A DNA stretch of 60,826 nucleotides, taken from contig JANWXE010000081.1 in NCBI GenBank assembly GCA_025055385.1, forward strand, positions 1-60,826. Reading direction: 5' to 3'. The position numbers and the translations under genes are program-made. The notes under the pieces were generated by a model that searched no databases, was not told the DNA's origin, and saw only the letters and a list, made by a program, of their open reading frames with translations. This document shows, one piece after another, positions 38,812 through 52,640 of this stretch (position 1 is its first letter; every line of letters begins with the position of its first letter). The stretch is from Burkholderiaceae bacterium (GTDB taxonomy: Bacteria; Pseudomonadota; Gammaproteobacteria; Burkholderiales; Burkholderiaceae_F).

Positions 38812-40908
38812 CTAAAGCGTCCAATCAATTCCGGCCGCCCAGGTACGGCCAGGGGCCGGCTCAAAGAAGCGGCTGTTGGCCTCGTTGACAATGACGGAAC
38901 CAACATACCGACGGTCAAACAGGTTGTCGACGCGAACATACAGACGCGCCTGGGACTGGCCAACGGTGACGGTGCGCGCAACCGCAAGGTTGGCGACCGC
39001 GTAGCCCGGCGCGTACTCGCTATTCAGGTCATTCACAAAAAGCTTGGATTGGGCTTTAAGCTCCCAGGTGAAGTCAGCCCACGATGAGCGGTACCGGGTC
39101 TGAAGCGCTGCTGTGTGTGCCGGCACGCCAGGAAGCTTTTTGCCCCGGGCAACCGCAACGGTTGGCGTCGTGCAGGGCGGCGGACCGCACGTCAGAAAGT
39201 CGGTGTCGTAGCGGGCATCGATCGCTGCCGCACTCAGGGTGATGGCAAACCGCTCGCTGAGGCGCCCCTGCAGTGCAAGCTCGACCCCATCCCGCCGCGT
39301 GCGTCCGACGTTGGCGAAAGCTGAGCGTCCGCCAACATTGGTGGCGACAACAAGATCGTCCCGGGTCCGGATCGAGAACAGCGCTAGCGAACTGCGCAGC
39401 TCAGGAGTCCACGCATACTTCAAGCCGATCTCGACGTGATCGCTCTTCGCAGCGCGCAAGGCGGTGTTGACGCCGGCGCTGCCATCGGGCCGGTACGCCA
39501 ATTCGTTGAGCGTTGGCGTCTCAAACCCCCGTCCGTAAGCCGCGTACACGGCGGCCTCGGGCGTGGGGCGATAGACGATTCCAAGCGATGGGTTGACAGC
39601 CGCAAAAGAGACAACGCCGGAGTCGTCGCCATTGACACCCACGATGTAATGGTCACGCGAGCGGAAGCGGACTTCCGACGCTCGCACGCCAGCGTGCAGG
39701 TGCCAAGCCTCGGCAAAATGCCATTCGATTTGGGCGTACGGATCGGTGGCGACTACCCGGTTCGTTTCGTCGCGCCGCAGACTCCCTTGGATCCCAAGGG
39801 TGCTGCCGATGAAATTCTCGTAACCGCGGCGGTCCTCCTGCATGGTTTCGACCGCTAGTCCGACGTGCGCCGTCAGCAGGCCGAGGTCGAAGCGAGCACG
39901 CAGGTCAATGCCGGCGAAGTCGCGGTCAAAATCGATGACTCCGCCCGGGTGAGTAGGTGACGCCTGCGCGGCGGTGGGGATGGCTTGGAACTGAGTGACT
40001 TCGCGGTGGCCAAGCCACGCGGTCGCTGTTAGCTGGGAATCCGTGCCGATGGGAGATTTGAGCTCGGCGCCGAACGTCCCCTGCCGGGTGGATTTGCGCG
40101 TGTTGAACTGCAGCGCCTGCGGCGAGGCTTGCCGCGGGTTAGCCTGCCACTGAGCCCGTGTCAGCCCGAGCGGATCCTGGGCGTCGGGCATGTCCAGGGC
40201 GTTGAGCGAGATGCGCAGGGCGCCCAGTGGCGAATCCAGGAAGGCCGTGCGGATCGTGGCGGAGTTCCGGCGCGCCGCGCTGTGGTCTCGATAGCCCTCG
40301 GTGCGGAATCGTCCGGCGTCCACCAGGAACGCGTAAGGCGCATCCCCGCCGTGACCAGCCAAGCCGAGCCGCCAGGTCGAAAAGGCACCGATCGCAGCCG
40401 ACGGCTCATACCGCTGCGGCTGTGGTTTTAGATCGGTTGTCAGCGCGATCACGCCGCCGGAGGCGTTGCCATAGAGCGCGGAAAAGGGCCCGCGCAGGAC
40501 TTCGATGCGCTCGGCGGCATTCAGAGGGAAATGCGAGACTTGGCCCTGACCGTCGGGGAACGAGGCTGGCACGCCGTCGACGTACAGCCGCACGCCGCGC
40601 ACGCCGAACGTGGCGCGGGCCCCGAAACCGCGCATCGAGATCTGCAGGTCCTGGGCATGGTTCTGCCGGTTCAGCACTACCACGCCCGGCACCGTCGCCA
40701 GGCTTTCAGAGAGGTTGATTCGCCATTGGGTGTCGCGGACCGCCTCGCGGTCGATCACGTCGACCGACGCAGGCACGTCGAGCGCAATGCGCTCGCTGCG
40801 CGTAGCGGTAACAACCACCGGTGCCAACGCTTGCGTGTCGGCCTGCGCGAGCACGACACCTGAGCACAGGGCGCCAAGTAGGGCGAGCCCGTATCGCTTC
40901 GCGTTCAT
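38812..40908 (-). CDS. TonB-dependent outer-membrane receptor
   Basis: ATG at 40908 with AGGAGGGG upstream. Signal peptide MNAKRYGLALLGALCSGVVLAQA, a TonB-box-like APVVVTATR, a plug (RGFGARATFGVRGVRLYVDGVP...RIEVLRGPFSALYGNASGGVI) and a long beta-barrel. Substrate is not assignable. Confidence 0.9.
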   Translation of the reverse strand: MNAKRYGLALLGALCSGVVLAQADTQALAPVVVTATRSERIALDVPASVDVIDREAVRDTQWRINLSESLATVPGVVVLNRQNHAQDLQISMRGFGARATFGVRGVRLYVDGVPASFPDGQGQVSHFPLNAAERIEVLRGPFSALYGNASGGVIALTTDLKPQPQRYEPSAAIGAFSTWRLGLAGHGGDAPYAFLVDAGRFRTEGYRDHSAARRNSATIRTAFLDSPLGALRISLNALDMPDAQDPLGLTRAQWQANPRQASPQALQFNTRKSTRQGTFGAELKSPIGTDSQLTATAWLGHREVTQFQAIPTAAQASPTHPGGVIDFDRDFAGIDLRARFDLGLLTAHVGLAVETMQEDRRGYENFIGSTLGIQGSLRRDETNRVVATDPYAQIEWHFAEAWHLHAGVRASEVRFRSRDHYIVGVNGDDSGVVSFAAVNPSLGIVYRPTPEAAVYAAYGRGFETPTLNELAYRPDGSAGVNTALRAAKSDHVEIGLKYAWTPELRSSLALFSIRTRDDLVVATNVGGRSAFANVGRTRRDGVELALQGRLSERFAITLSAAAIDARYDTDFLTCGPPPCTTPTVAVARGKKLPGVPAHTAALQTRYRSSWADFTWELKAQSKLFVNDLNSEYAPGYAVANLAVARTVTVGQSQARLYVRVDNLFDRRYVGSVIVNEANSRFFEPAPGRTWAAGIDWTL

Positions 40909-41066
40909 CTCGCGTCCCCTCCTATACGGCGGCGCGAAGTCCAGGGTCGAGGCCGGCATTATCCGGCACGCCTTGTCTCAAGCTGCAAAAGCCCCCAAGC
41001 CGCCGACAGCGGCGGGAAGGTGCCCAGCCAGCCGCACCTAGCCGGCGGCACGCTGGGAGGCCGCCC

Positions 41067-41480
41067 TTACTTGCGCAGCCGCTTGATCGCTGCCAATTGG
41101 GCCGCCAGCACAGCAATCTCGGCTTGCACGGCGGCGATTTCCAGCTTGTCCGTCTTGTTCTTCAGCTGCTCTTCGGCGGCGCGCAGCGCCGCCAACGCCT
41201 TGGCCTCATCCAAGTCGCGCCCGCGGATCGCGGTATCGGCGAGGACGGTGACCACATGTGGCTGCACCTCCAGGATGCCGCCGGCAATGAAAACCTGCTC
41301 CTCCTCAGCGCGGCCAGCGGGACGAATGCGGACGACCCCCGGCTTAACGCGCGTGATCAGCGGCGTATGGCGCGGATAGATGCCGAGCTCGCCCGCTTCA
41401 CCGGGCAGGACGACAAATTCCGCTTCGCCAGAGAAGATGCTCTCCTCGGCGCTGACAACATCGACGTGAATGGTGGCCAT
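41067..41480 (-). CDS. atpC: F1 ATP synthase epsilon subunit
   Basis: [43 protein letters not shown] is canonical AtpC. It is the last gene of the atp operon. Confidence 0.95.
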   Translation of the reverse strand: MATIHVDVVSAEESIFSGEAEFVVLPGEAGELGIYPRHTPLITRVKPGVVRIRPAGRAEEEQVFIAGGILEVQPHVVTVLADTAIRGRDLDEAKALAALRAAEEQLKNKTDKLEIAAVQAEIAVLAAQLAAIKRLRK

Positions 41481-41549
41481 AGCGTGGTCCGGGCTGCAGC
41501 GGCCGCACCCAGCGCCGCACGTCAGCGGCGTCGGTGCGGCGGCACGACC

Positions 41550-42998
<1,449 letters not shown>

Positions 42999-43880
42999 TC
43001 AGGAAACCGCCGCCGCGCCGCCGACGATCTCGGAGATCTCCTTCGTGATGTTCGCCTGGCGGGTCTTGTTGTAGAGCAGCTGCAGCTCGTCGATCAGCTT
43101 CTTGGCGTTATCAGAGGCCGCCTTCATTGCGACCATGCGCGCGCTCTGCTCGCTGGCCATATTTTCGGCCACAGCCTGATAGATGAGCGCCTCCACGTAG
43201 CGCGTCATCAGCTCATCGATCACCCGCTGGGCGTCCGGCTCATAGATGTAGTCCCACGCATAGGCGCGTTTTTCTTCCTCGCTTTGCGCAAGACGGTCCG
43301 CCGACAACGGCAGCAGCTGCTCGATGACCGGCTCTTGCTTCATCGTATTGATGAAGCGGGAATACGCGAGATACACGGCGTCGATGCGGCCCTCGGCGTA
43401 CGCGTCCAGCTGCACCTTAACGGGCCCAATGAGCTTCTCCAGATGCGGCCGGTCGCCAAGCTGAACCACATGCGACACGATCGGCGCGTTGAGCCGCTGC
43501 AGGAAAGCCAGCCCCTTGTTGCCAATCGCGGTGGCTTGCAGTTTAACGCCCGCGGCGTCCCATTCTTTGATCTGGGCCAGCACGGCGCGCTGGATGTTGG
43601 TGTTCAGCGCGCCGCACAACCCCTTATCGGTCGACACTAAAATCAGGCCGACGGCGCGGATCGGTTCACGGCGCAGCACAAACGGGTGCTTGTACTCGGG
43701 ATTGGCCTGCGCCAGATGGGCGGTGATGTTGCGGATTTTGTCGCCATAAGGACGCGCTTGACGCATCCGCTCCTGCGCTTTGCGCATCTTGCTGGCAGCG
43801 ACCATCTCCATCGCCTTCGTGATCTTGCGCGTGTTTTGCACGCTCTTGATCTTGCTGCGGATTTCTTTGGTGCTCGGCAT
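42999..43880 (-). CDS. atpG: F1 ATP synthase gamma subunit
   Basis: [36 protein letters not shown] is canonical AtpG. Confidence 0.95.
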   Translation of the reverse strand: MPSTKEIRSKIKSVQNTRKITKAMEMVAASKMRKAQERMRQARPYGDKIRNITAHLAQANPEYKHPFVLRREPIRAVGLILVSTDKGLCGALNTNIQRAVLAQIKEWDAAGVKLQATAIGNKGLAFLQRLNAPIVSHVVQLGDRPHLEKLIGPVKVQLDAYAEGRIDAVYLAYSRFINTMKQEPVIEQLLPLSADRLAQSEEEKRAYAWDYIYEPDAQRVIDELMTRYVEALIYQAVAENMASEQSARMVAMKAASDNAKKLIDELQLLYNKTRQANITKEISEIVGGAAAVS

Positions 43881-43899
43881 GGCGTCGCGCTCGGCAATC

Positions 43900-45441
43900 T
43901 CAGTACGCGCCGGTCTGTTTGAAGTCCCGGATCGCCGCGTGCAGCGCCTCCTCGTCCTCCTTGGACAGATCTTTGGTGGCCTCGATGCGCTCGACCAGTG
44001 CGCTGTGCTTGGTCTTTAGGTAGTCGCGCAATGCCTTCTCGACCGCAAGCGCCTTCTTGACGTCGACATCGTCAAAATAGCCGTTGTTCACTGCAAAAAG
44101 CGTGACGGCCTGCTCCCACACCTGCAGCGGGTGGTATTGCGGCTGTTTCATCAGCTCCGTGACCATACGGCCGCGTTCCAGCTGTTTGCGCGTAGCCTCA
44201 TCTAGATCCGAAGCAAACTGCGCAAATGCTGCCAGCTCCCGGTATTGGGCTAGCGCCAGCCGCACGCCGCCGCCTAGCTTCTTGATGATTTTGGTCTGCG
44301 CCGCCCCGCCGACCCGCGACACCGAGATGCCCGCGTTGATCGCTGGCCGGATGCCAGCGTTGAACAAGTCGGTTTCCAGGAAGATTTGCCCGTCGGTAAT
44401 CGAAATCACGTTGGTCGGCACAAAGGCGGTGACGTCGCCAGCCTGCGTCTCAATGATCGGCAGCGCGGTCAGCGACCCGGTCTTACCTTTCACGGCGCCG
44501 TTGGTGAAGCGCTCCACATAGGCCTCGTTGACGCGCGCGGCACGCTCCAGCAGCCGCGAGTGCAGATAGAAAACGTCGCCCGGGTACGCCTCGCGCCCCG
44601 GCGGCCGGCGCAGCAGCAACGACACCTGCCGGTACGCCCAGGCTTGCTTCGTCAGATCGTCATAAATGATCAGCGCGTCCTGACCACGATCCCGGAAATA
44701 CTCACCCATCGTGCAGCCAGCGTACGGCGCAATGTACTGCATGGCCGCCGACTCCGAGGCGCTGGCCGCCACGACAATCGTGTACGCCATCGCGCCATGC
44801 TCTTCCAGCTTGCGTACCACATTGGCGATCGTGGATGCCTTTTGGCCTATCGCCACGTAGATACAAATGAGGTCTTTGCCTTTGGAGTTGATAATCGTGT
44901 CCACCGCGACCGCCGTTTTGCCGGTCTGCCGGTCACCGATGATCAGCTCGCGCTGGCCGCGACCGATCGGTACCATCGCGTCGATCGCCTTCAGGCCGGT
45001 CTGCAACGGCTGCGACACCGACTTGCGCCACATCACGCCGGGGGCGACTTTCTCGATCACATCGGTCAGCTTGGCGTTGATCGGCCCCTTGCCGTCGATC
45101 GGCTGGCCGAGCGCGTTCACCACGCGTCCGATGAGTTCTGGCCCAACCGGCACCTCCAAGATGCGGCCGGTGCTCTTGACGATGTCGCCCTCTTTGATGT
45201 GCTCGTAGTTGCCCAGGACGACTGCGCCGACCGAGTCGCGTTCTAAGTTCAGCGCCAGGCCGTAGGTATTGCCGGGGAATTCGAGCATCTCGCCCTGCAT
45301 GGCGTCAGATAGCCCGTGGATGCGGCAAATGCCATCGGTTACCGACACCACCGTGCCCTGCGTGCGGATGTCGGCCGACACGCCCAGCCCCTGGATGCGA
45401 GCCCTCAGCAGTTCGCTGATTTCGGAAGGATTGAGTTGCAT
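43900..45441 (-). CDS. atpA: F1 ATP synthase alpha subunit
   Basis: Start [12 protein letters not shown] with GAGGAG upstream. Walker [10 protein letters not shown]. The track start adds 32 spurious residues. Confidence 0.97.
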   Translation of the reverse strand: MQLNPSEISELLRARIQGLGVSADIRTQGTVVSVTDGICRIHGLSDAMQGEMLEFPGNTYGLALNLERDSVGAVVLGNYEHIKEGDIVKSTGRILEVPVGPELIGRVVNALGQPIDGKGPINAKLTDVIEKVAPGVMWRKSVSQPLQTGLKAIDAMVPIGRGQRELIIGDRQTGKTAVAVDTIINSKGKDLICIYVAIGQKASTIANVVRKLEEHGAMAYTIVVAASASESAAMQYIAPYAGCTMGEYFRDRGQDALIIYDDLTKQAWAYRQVSLLLRRPPGREAYPGDVFYLHSRLLERAARVNEAYVERFTNGAVKGKTGSLTALPIIETQAGDVTAFVPTNVISITDGQIFLETDLFNAGIRPAINAGISVSRVGGAAQTKIIKKLGGGVRLALAQYRELAAFAQFASDLDEATRKQLERGRMVTELMKQPQYHPLQVWEQAVTLFAVNNGYFDDVDVKKALAVEKALRDYLKTKHSALVERIEATKDLSKEDEEALHAAIRDFKQTGAY

Positions 45442-45466
45442 GAGCCAACTCCTCGGTTTTGATTCT

Positions 45467-46015
45467 TCACGGTGCGGTGAGCGCGGCGTACATCTCGGCC
45501 AGGCGCGCCTTGACCGTGCCGTCCAGCACGTGATCATCGACGGTCACGCGCACGCCGCCAATCAGCTCGGGATCCACCCTCACCGCCGGCTTCAGTTTCA
45601 GGCCAAACTTACGCGACAGACCGGCCACCAGCTCGGCCAACTGCAGCTCATCGAGAGGGAAAGCCGTCTCGATTATGCAATCGGCCGCTCCCTCGGCCGC
45701 ATTCTTGCGCCGCCGGAACTGCGCGGCGACCTCTGGCAGGATCGCTAGACGATCGTTTTCGATCACGACGCGCAAGAAATTTTGCAGCGCCCCAGGTGGA
45801 CGCTGCGGCAGCAACCCCACAAGGAGGTCAAAGATCTGCTGTGGCGTCAATTTGGGGTCGCCGATGAGCGCAGCAACTTGCGGGTGCTTGACAATCGCAG
45901 CCAGCTCCTGCAGCTGCGCAAGATAGGTGTCTAGCGCGCCCGCCTCTCCCTGTCCTTGCGCGGCTAAAAACAGGGCTTCCGCGTACGGGCGCGCAATTGT
46001 AGAAAGCTCGGCCAT
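45467..46015 (-). CDS. atpH: F1 ATP synthase delta subunit
   Basis: [16 protein letters not shown]... is the OSCP/delta family N-terminus. Position between atpF and atpA. Confidence 0.9.
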   Translation of the reverse strand: MAELSTIARPYAEALFLAAQGQGEAGALDTYLAQLQELAAIVKHPQVAALIGDPKLTPQQIFDLLVGLLPQRPPGALQNFLRVVIENDRLAILPEVAAQFRRRKNAAEGAADCIIETAFPLDELQLAELVAGLSRKFGLKLKPAVRVDPELIGGVRVTVDDHVLDGTVKARLAEMYAALTAP

Positions 46016-46025
46016 GGGCAGGTTT

Positions 46026-46496
46026 TTACAGACGGGCCTTTAATTGCGCCAGCAAATCCGCGTGGACTTGCGCGTTGATTTCACGCCGCAAGATCTGCTC
46101 GGCGCCCGCCACCGCCAGGCGCGCGACCTCCTCGCGCAGCGCCAGCTTGGCGCGCTGCATTTCTTGCTCAGCCTCTTGCTTGGCCTGCGCCAGGATGCGC
46201 GCACGCTCGGCCTCCGCCTCCTTTTTCGCCTGCTCGATGATCGCAGCCGCAAGCTTTTCGGCTTCGGCCGCGCGCGCCTGACTGGCCGCTCGCGCTTCGG
46301 CCTCCAGCTTGGCGATGCGCCGCTGCGCTTCCGCGAGGCTCTGGTTGCCCAGCTCCGCAGCCTTCAGGCCGTCGGCAATCTTGCGCGCGCGCTCGTCGAG
46401 TGCATTGCGCAGCGGCGGCCAGATGTACTTCATCGTGACCCACGCACCGATGAAGAAAACCAGCAGCTGAATGAACAGCGTGGCGTTGATGTTCAT
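46026..46496 (-). CDS. atpF: F0 ATP synthase subunit b
   Basis: [29 protein letters not shown] anchor followed by a long charged helix. 156 aa from ATG 46496. Confidence 0.9.
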   Translation of the reverse strand: MNINATLFIQLLVFFIGAWVTMKYIWPPLRNALDERARKIADGLKAAELGNQSLAEAQRRIAKLEAEARAASQARAAEAEKLAAAIIEQAKKEAEAERARILAQAKQEAEQEMQRAKLALREEVARLAVAGAEQILRREINAQVHADLLAQLKARL

Positions 46497-46568
46497 AATG
46501 GGTCTGACCTGGAAAGCGCCGGCGGCGCCGCGACGGCGCCGCCGGCGGACAGCCACTGACGGACCAGC

Positions 46569-47688
<1,120 letters not shown>

Positions 47689-47701
47689 CGTGGTTTCTCG
47701 T

Positions 47702-48106
47702 CTAGCGCCAGATAAGTACGATTAAATAGCTTTTTAGGACGGCGATGATCGCGGCGATCATCGCCGGCCATACCAGTTGCTCGTAACCCCACACGATCAG
47801 CGCCAATAGCGCGACCGTCAACAGAACCTTGATGAGCTCCCCGACAAAGAACGACGCGGCCTCCCCCGCGCGCGTCAGCGCAAGCCGCCAGGCAAACCAG
47901 GCGTTGGGCAGCACGCAGGCGGCACCGCCGAGCAGCGCTGAAACCCCGCCAGCCACGCCCGCCCATGGCCACGCGAGAGCGCCAACGAGCACCGTTGCCA
48001 AGACCTGCAAGCCGATCAGCCGCCACATTGGAAGCGCGCGATGCAAGCCGGCAAGCAGCGCACTGCGCGGAGACGCAAGGCCAATCGCAGGCGCGCGGTT
48101 GCGCAA
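47702..48106 (-). CDS. atpI: ATP synthase protein I (AtpI)
   Basis: Small hydrophobic 4-TM protein immediately upstream of atpB. Called from position and hydropathy only; the start is uncertain. Confidence 0.6.
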   Translation of the reverse strand: MRNRAPAIGLASPRSALLAGLHRALPMWRLIGLQVLATVLVGALAWPWAGVAGGVSALLGGAACVLPNAWFAWRLALTRAGEAASFFVGELIKVLLTVALLALIVWGYEQLVWPAMIAAIIAVLKSYLIVLIWR

Positions 48107-48180
48107 AGACTCTGCATTTTAAGAGCTGATCGGAAGCCAGGTCAAACCGCGTGCGCTCACGAGCATCGCATGAACCGCCG

Positions 48181-49041
48181 TCATGATGAACCGCTGCGCA
48201 GCCGGGCCAGGATGCCGTCCAGCTGATCAAGCGATGCATACTCGATAATCAACCGGCCTCGCCCCTTGCTGCGCACCTGCAGCTTGACCACTGCTCCGAG
48301 CGTGTCGGCTAACTCCTCTTCGAGGCGCTGCAGGTCGCGGTCAACCGTGCGCCCGCGCGACGGCCGCGTCCCTGTGGCGCCGCGCAGGTAGCGCGCCACC
48401 AGCGCTTCGGCCTCGCGCACACTAAGCCGCTGCCGCACGATCTCGTGCGCCAGCGTCACTTGCGCGGCCGCATCGGCTGCCAACAGCGCGCGCGCATGTC
48501 CCATGTCGAGCTGCTCATTAAGTAGCATCTGCTGCACGGGTGCGGCGAGATTCAGCAGACGCAACAGGTTGGTCGTTGCGCTGCGCGAGCGGCCAATCGC
48601 AGCGGCGGCCTGTTCGTGCGTAAACGAGAACTCCTGGATGAGGCGCTGTACGCCTTGCGCCTCTTCGAGCGGGTTTAAGTTCTCGCGCTGGATGTTTTCA
48701 ATCAGCGCCATCGCCAAGGCAGCATCGTCGGGCACGTCCTTGATGAGCACCGGCACTTCGCTGAGGCCAGCCATCTGGGCGGCGCGAAATCGGCGCTCGC
48801 CAGCGATGATTTCATAGTCGCCATCAACCAACGGTCGCACCAGGATCGGTTGCATCAGCCCCTGCGATTTAATTGATGCGGCAAGCTCCGCCAGCGCCTC
48901 GGGATTCATTCGCGTGCGCGGCTGGTAACGCCCCGGGCGCAGCCGCGCCAGCGGCAGCGTCGACGGCGACCCGTCGCCGGGGGTCGCTTCACCAAGCAAG
49001 GCATCGAGCCCGCGTCCCAGTCCGCGCGCCTTCTTCGTCAC
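48181..49041 (-). CDS. parB: chromosome partitioning protein ParB
   Basis: RGLGRGLDALL, QPRT.., IIAGERRFRAAQMAG (the ParB arginine box GERR) and an HTH. GTG start overlaps the parA stop (GTGA). Confidence 0.95.
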   Translation of the reverse strand: MTKKARGLGRGLDALLGEATPGDGSPSTLPLARLRPGRYQPRTRMNPEALAELAASIKSQGLMQPILVRPLVDGDYEIIAGERRFRAAQMAGLSEVPVLIKDVPDDAALAMALIENIQRENLNPLEEAQGVQRLIQEFSFTHEQAAAAIGRSRSATTNLLRLLNLAAPVQQMLLNEQLDMGHARALLAADAAAQVTLAHEIVRQRLSVREAEALVARYLRGATGTRPSRGRTVDRDLQRLEEELADTLGAVVKLQVRSKGRGRLIIEYASLDQLDGILARLRSGSS

Positions 49042-49811
49042 AACGAGCGCACCCTTTCAATCATCTCGGCGCCGAACGCGAGGTACGCTTGGGCACCTTT
49101 GGAGTTGCGGTCGAATGTGACGCCGGGCATTCCATAAGAAGGCGCCTCCGCCAGCCGGACATTGCGCGGAATGATCGTGCCGAAGACCTTGTCGCCGAAG
49201 CGCGCCACCAGTTGCTCCGAGACTTGCTGCTGCAGCGTCATGCGCGGATCGAACATCACCCGCAGCAGGCCAATGATTTTGAGGTCTGGGTTCAAATTGG
49301 CGTGCACGCGCTTGATCGTGTTGACCAGATCCGCCAATCCTTCCAGCGCGAAATATTCACACTGCATCGGAATAATCACGCCATGCGCGGCGCACAGCGC
49401 GTTGACGGTCAGCAGCGACAATGCAGGTGGACAATCGATCAGCACGAAGTCGTAGTCAGCAGCCACCGCCTGCAGCGCCTGTTTTAAGCGCGTCTCACGC
49501 CCCTGCAATTCGACTAACTCCACTTCTGCGCCCGCCAGCTCGCGGTTTGCACCGAGCACGTCATAGCCGCCCGGCTTGGAGCGCACACGCGCCTGCGCCA
49601 CCGTCGCCAGTCCAAGCAGCACGTGATAAACGGAGGGCGCGAGCAACCGTTTGTCCACGCCGCTGCCCATCGTCGCGTTGCCCTGCGGGTCCAGATCGAC
49701 TAACAGCACACGCTGCGCCTGTGCCACCAGCCCGGCGGCGAGATTCACGGTCGTTGTCGTCTTGCCGACACCGCCCTTTTGGTTGGCGATGCAGAAAATG
49801 CGCGCCGCCAC
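49038..49811 (-). CDS. parA: chromosome partitioning ATPase ParA/Soj
   Basis: Deviant Walker A IANQKGGVGKTTT. 257 aa. GTG start. Confidence 0.95.
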   Translation of the reverse strand: MAARIFCIANQKGGVGKTTTTVNLAAGLVAQAQRVLLVDLDPQGNATMGSGVDKRLLAPSVYHVLLGLATVAQARVRSKPGGYDVLGANRELAGAEVELVELQGRETRLKQALQAVAADYDFVLIDCPPALSLLTVNALCAAHGVIIPMQCEYFALEGLADLVNTIKRVHANLNPDLKIIGLLRVMFDPRMTLQQQVSEQLVARFGDKVFGTIIPRNVRLAEAPSYGMPGVTFDRNSKGAQAYLAFGAEMIERVRSL

Positions 49812-49871
49812 TGCGTCACTCCGTGGCTTGGCAGCGCAGCGCCGCGTATGTTGTTAGGAAGCCGGTCCGCA

Positions 49872-50552
49872 TCATGCCGTCGTTTGGGCGCGCAGGATCA
49901 GCAAATGCCGTGTTGCCGACAATCGCGGGACGCGCAGTTTAACGACCTCGATGATGTCCACTTCAGGCGGCAACGCGGCCATTTCTGCTTCGGGCAGCGA
50001 GCCCTTCATCGCCGCCCAGATGCCGTCGCCAGCGATCACGTGGCGCGTTGCCCGGACGAGTGCGGCCAGCGATGAAAAAGCGCGGGCGGTAATGATGGCA
50101 AACGGCTCGGCGCGCCACGTTTCGACCCGCGCCTGCACGACCTCCACGGTGGACAGCTTCAATGCGATCTGCACCTGACGCAGGAACGCAACCTTCTTGC
50201 CGACGCGTTCCAACAGTGTGACATGCGCCTGCGGCATTGCCACCGCTACTGGAATGCCCGGCAGGCCCCCGCCGGTTCCAACGTCAAGGATACGCGGCCG
50301 ATGGGACGGCAAGTAGCGCTGCAGCGCGGGGACAATGGACAGCGCATCCAGCAGGTGACGCGACAGGATGTCATCTTGCCCTCGCAGCGCGGTCAGGTTG
50401 TACACCGTGTTCCATTTCGATAACAGCGCGGCGAAATGCAGTAACGCGTGCGCCTGGCCGGCGGTTAGATCCAAACCGAGTTTGGCGGCTTCCTGCCGCA
50501 GCACCGGCTCGCTGAGTGCTGGCGCTGGTTCAGGCCGCGAGCTTTCCTTCAC
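49872..50552 (-). CDS. rsmG: 16S rRNA (guanine527-N7)-methyltransferase RsmG (GidB)
   Basis: [25 protein letters not shown] and the SAM motif [14 protein letters not shown]. Directly downstream of mnmG. Confidence 0.9.
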   Translation of the reverse strand: MKESSRPEPAPALSEPVLRQEAAKLGLDLTAGQAHALLHFAALLSKWNTVYNLTALRGQDDILSRHLLDALSIVPALQRYLPSHRPRILDVGTGGGLPGIPVAVAMPQAHVTLLERVGKKVAFLRQVQIALKLSTVEVVQARVETWRAEPFAIITARAFSSLAALVRATRHVIAGDGIWAAMKGSLPEAEMAALPPEVDIIEVVKLRVPRLSATRHLLILRAQTTA

Positions 50553-52446
50553 TGCGCGAGAGTCGCTTCAGATGGACTAGCAGCAAGGAGATGGCCGCCG
50601 GCGTCACGCCGGAGATGCGGGCCGCTTGCCCAATCGTCTGCGGCCGCACCGCTTTCAACTTTTGCCGGACCTCAATAGACAGACCGCGTACTGCGTCATA
50701 GTCCAGCGTCTCGGGGATACGGGTCGATTCACTGGCTTCGTGACGCGCGACCTCGGCCTTCTGCCGCTCGATGTAGCCGGCATATTTAATCGTTGTTTCG
50801 ACCTGGTCGGCCACGTCACGTTCTGCGACCAGGGGACCGCCCAGGGGCGCGCCGTCGCGCTGCACGAGCGAGTCAAGATCGCGGTAGCGGACCTCGGGGC
50901 GCCGCAGCAAATCTGCAAGCGTGTACTCACGCTCTAGCGGTTTGCCCAGGAGCCTTTCGGCGCAGCCATCAGCCAAAACGCGCGGGTTTACCCACGTCGA
51001 CCGCAGCCGCTGCACTTCGCGCTCGATCTGCTCCCGCTTGCGACAGAATGCTGACCAGCGCCGATCATCCACGCACCCAAGCCGACGCCCGATTTCGGTT
51101 AAACGCAGGTCGGCATTGTCTTCGCGCAGGCTGAGACGGTACTCGGCGCGAGACGTGAACATACGATACGGCTCTGTCACGCCGCGCGTGATCAGGTCGT
51201 CAACGAGCACGCCCAAATAGGCCTGATCGCGGGTCGGATACCAAGGATCCCGGTCGGAGGTCAGTAGCGCCGCATTAATGCCGGCAAGCAGGCCTTGGGC
51301 GGCTGCCTCTTCGTACCCCGTTGTGCCGTTGATCTGGCCAGCAAAAAACAGGCCGCGAATCGCCTTCGTTTCCAGCCACGGTCGCAGCGCGCGCGGATCG
51401 TAATAGTCGTACTCGATCGCATAGCCAGGCCGCAGGATGTGCGCCCGCTCCAGCCCTTTCATCGAGCGGACGATCTGGACCTGCACATCAAACGGCAGCG
51501 AGGTCGAAATGCCGTTGGGATAGACCTCGTGGGTGGTTAACCCTTCCGGCTCCAAAAAGACCTGGTGGCTCGTTTTGTGCGCGAAGCGGTGGACCTTGTC
51601 CTCGATAGATGGGCAATAACGCGGGCCGACCCCTTGAATCACACCGGTATACAGCGGCGATCGGTCCAGGTTTTCAAGGATCACCGCGTGCGTGCGTTCA
51701 TTGGTGTGCGTAATCCAGCATGGCAACTGCGGCGGATGTTGCTCAGGCGATCCAAGAAATGAAAAGACCGGTACCGGGTCGGTGTCGCCGGGCTGTTCCT
51801 CCAGCACCGAAAAATCAATCGTGCGACCATCCAGCCGCGGTGGTGTGCCCGTTTTCAGGCGTCCCTGTGGGAGGTTCAGTTCCTTTAGCTTTGCCGCCAA
51901 TGAAATGGCCGGCGGATCGCCCGCCCGCCCAGCTGCGTAGTTTTGCAGGCCGACGTGGATCAAACCGTTGAGGAAGGTGCCGGTCGTCAGCACCACGGCG
52001 CGGCCGCGGAACACGATGCCGGTTTGCGTAACGACTCCGGCAACCCGCTCGCCAACCAGCAACAGGTCATCGACGGGCTGCTGGAACAGCCAGAGGTTCG
52101 GCTGGCGCTCAAGACGTGTCCGGATTGCGCGCCGGTATAGGACACGGTCCGCTTGGGCGCGCGTTGCGCGCACGGCCGGACCCTTTGAGCGATTGAGGAT
52201 CCGAAATTGGATCCCCGCCTCGTCGGCCGCCTCCGCCATCGCGCCGCCTAAGGCGTCGATCTCCTTGACCAGATGCCCTTTGCCAATTCCGCCAATCGAC
52301 GGGTTACACGACATCTGGCCAAGCGTCTCCAAGTTATGTGTGATCAGGACCGTGCGCTGACCCATTCGCGCTGCGGCAAGCGCGGCCTCGGTGCCGGCGT
52401 GACCACCGCCGACGACGATCACGTCGAATTCATCAGGGAAAAGCAT
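50530..52446 (-). CDS. mnmG: tRNA uridine-5-carboxymethylaminomethyl modification enzyme MnmG (GidA)
   Basis: Start [22 protein letters not shown] (FAD dinucleotide fold), with conserved GidA blocks throughout. The track start at 52500 lies over the parS-like sites. Confidence 0.95.
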   Translation of the reverse strand: MLFPDEFDVIVVGGGHAGTEAALAAARMGQRTVLITHNLETLGQMSCNPSIGGIGKGHLVKEIDALGGAMAEAADEAGIQFRILNRSKGPAVRATRAQADRVLYRRAIRTRLERQPNLWLFQQPVDDLLLVGERVAGVVTQTGIVFRGRAVVLTTGTFLNGLIHVGLQNYAAGRAGDPPAISLAAKLKELNLPQGRLKTGTPPRLDGRTIDFSVLEEQPGDTDPVPVFSFLGSPEQHPPQLPCWITHTNERTHAVILENLDRSPLYTGVIQGVGPRYCPSIEDKVHRFAHKTSHQVFLEPEGLTTHEVYPNGISTSLPFDVQVQIVRSMKGLERAHILRPGYAIEYDYYDPRALRPWLETKAIRGLFFAGQINGTTGYEEAAAQGLLAGINAALLTSDRDPWYPTRDQAYLGVLVDDLITRGVTEPYRMFTSRAEYRLSLREDNADLRLTEIGRRLGCVDDRRWSAFCRKREQIEREVQRLRSTWVNPRVLADGCAERLLGKPLEREYTLADLLRRPEVRYRDLDSLVQRDGAPLGGPLVAERDVADQVETTIKYAGYIERQKAEVARHEASESTRIPETLDYDAVRGLSIEVRQKLKAVRPQTIGQAARISGVTPAAISLLLVHLKRLSRSEGKLAA

Positions 52447-52483
52447 GGGATCGAATCTTACGCCATGGGTTTCACATGGAACG

Positions 52484-52499
52484 CGTTCCACGTGAAACA
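52484..52499. promoter_or_regulatory. near-consensus parS (ParB binding) site
   Basis: CGTTCCACGTGAAACA matches the palindromic parS consensus TGTTNCACGTGAAACA at 15/16 positions. It lies 38 bp upstream of the mnmG ATG and about 2.7 kb from parA. Confidence 0.6.
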
Positions 52500-52640
52500 A
52501 TCACCTCGGCTGCCACGCGGTCCCACCGTTAACGAGCGCGCCGATCTTCGCAAGCCCAGCAGACCTCTTAACGCCGAGAGGGTTCGCGCCCGTTTCGGCA
52601 TTTACCCCGAGGCCTGCACGCCGCCGCCCTGCGCGCCCCT

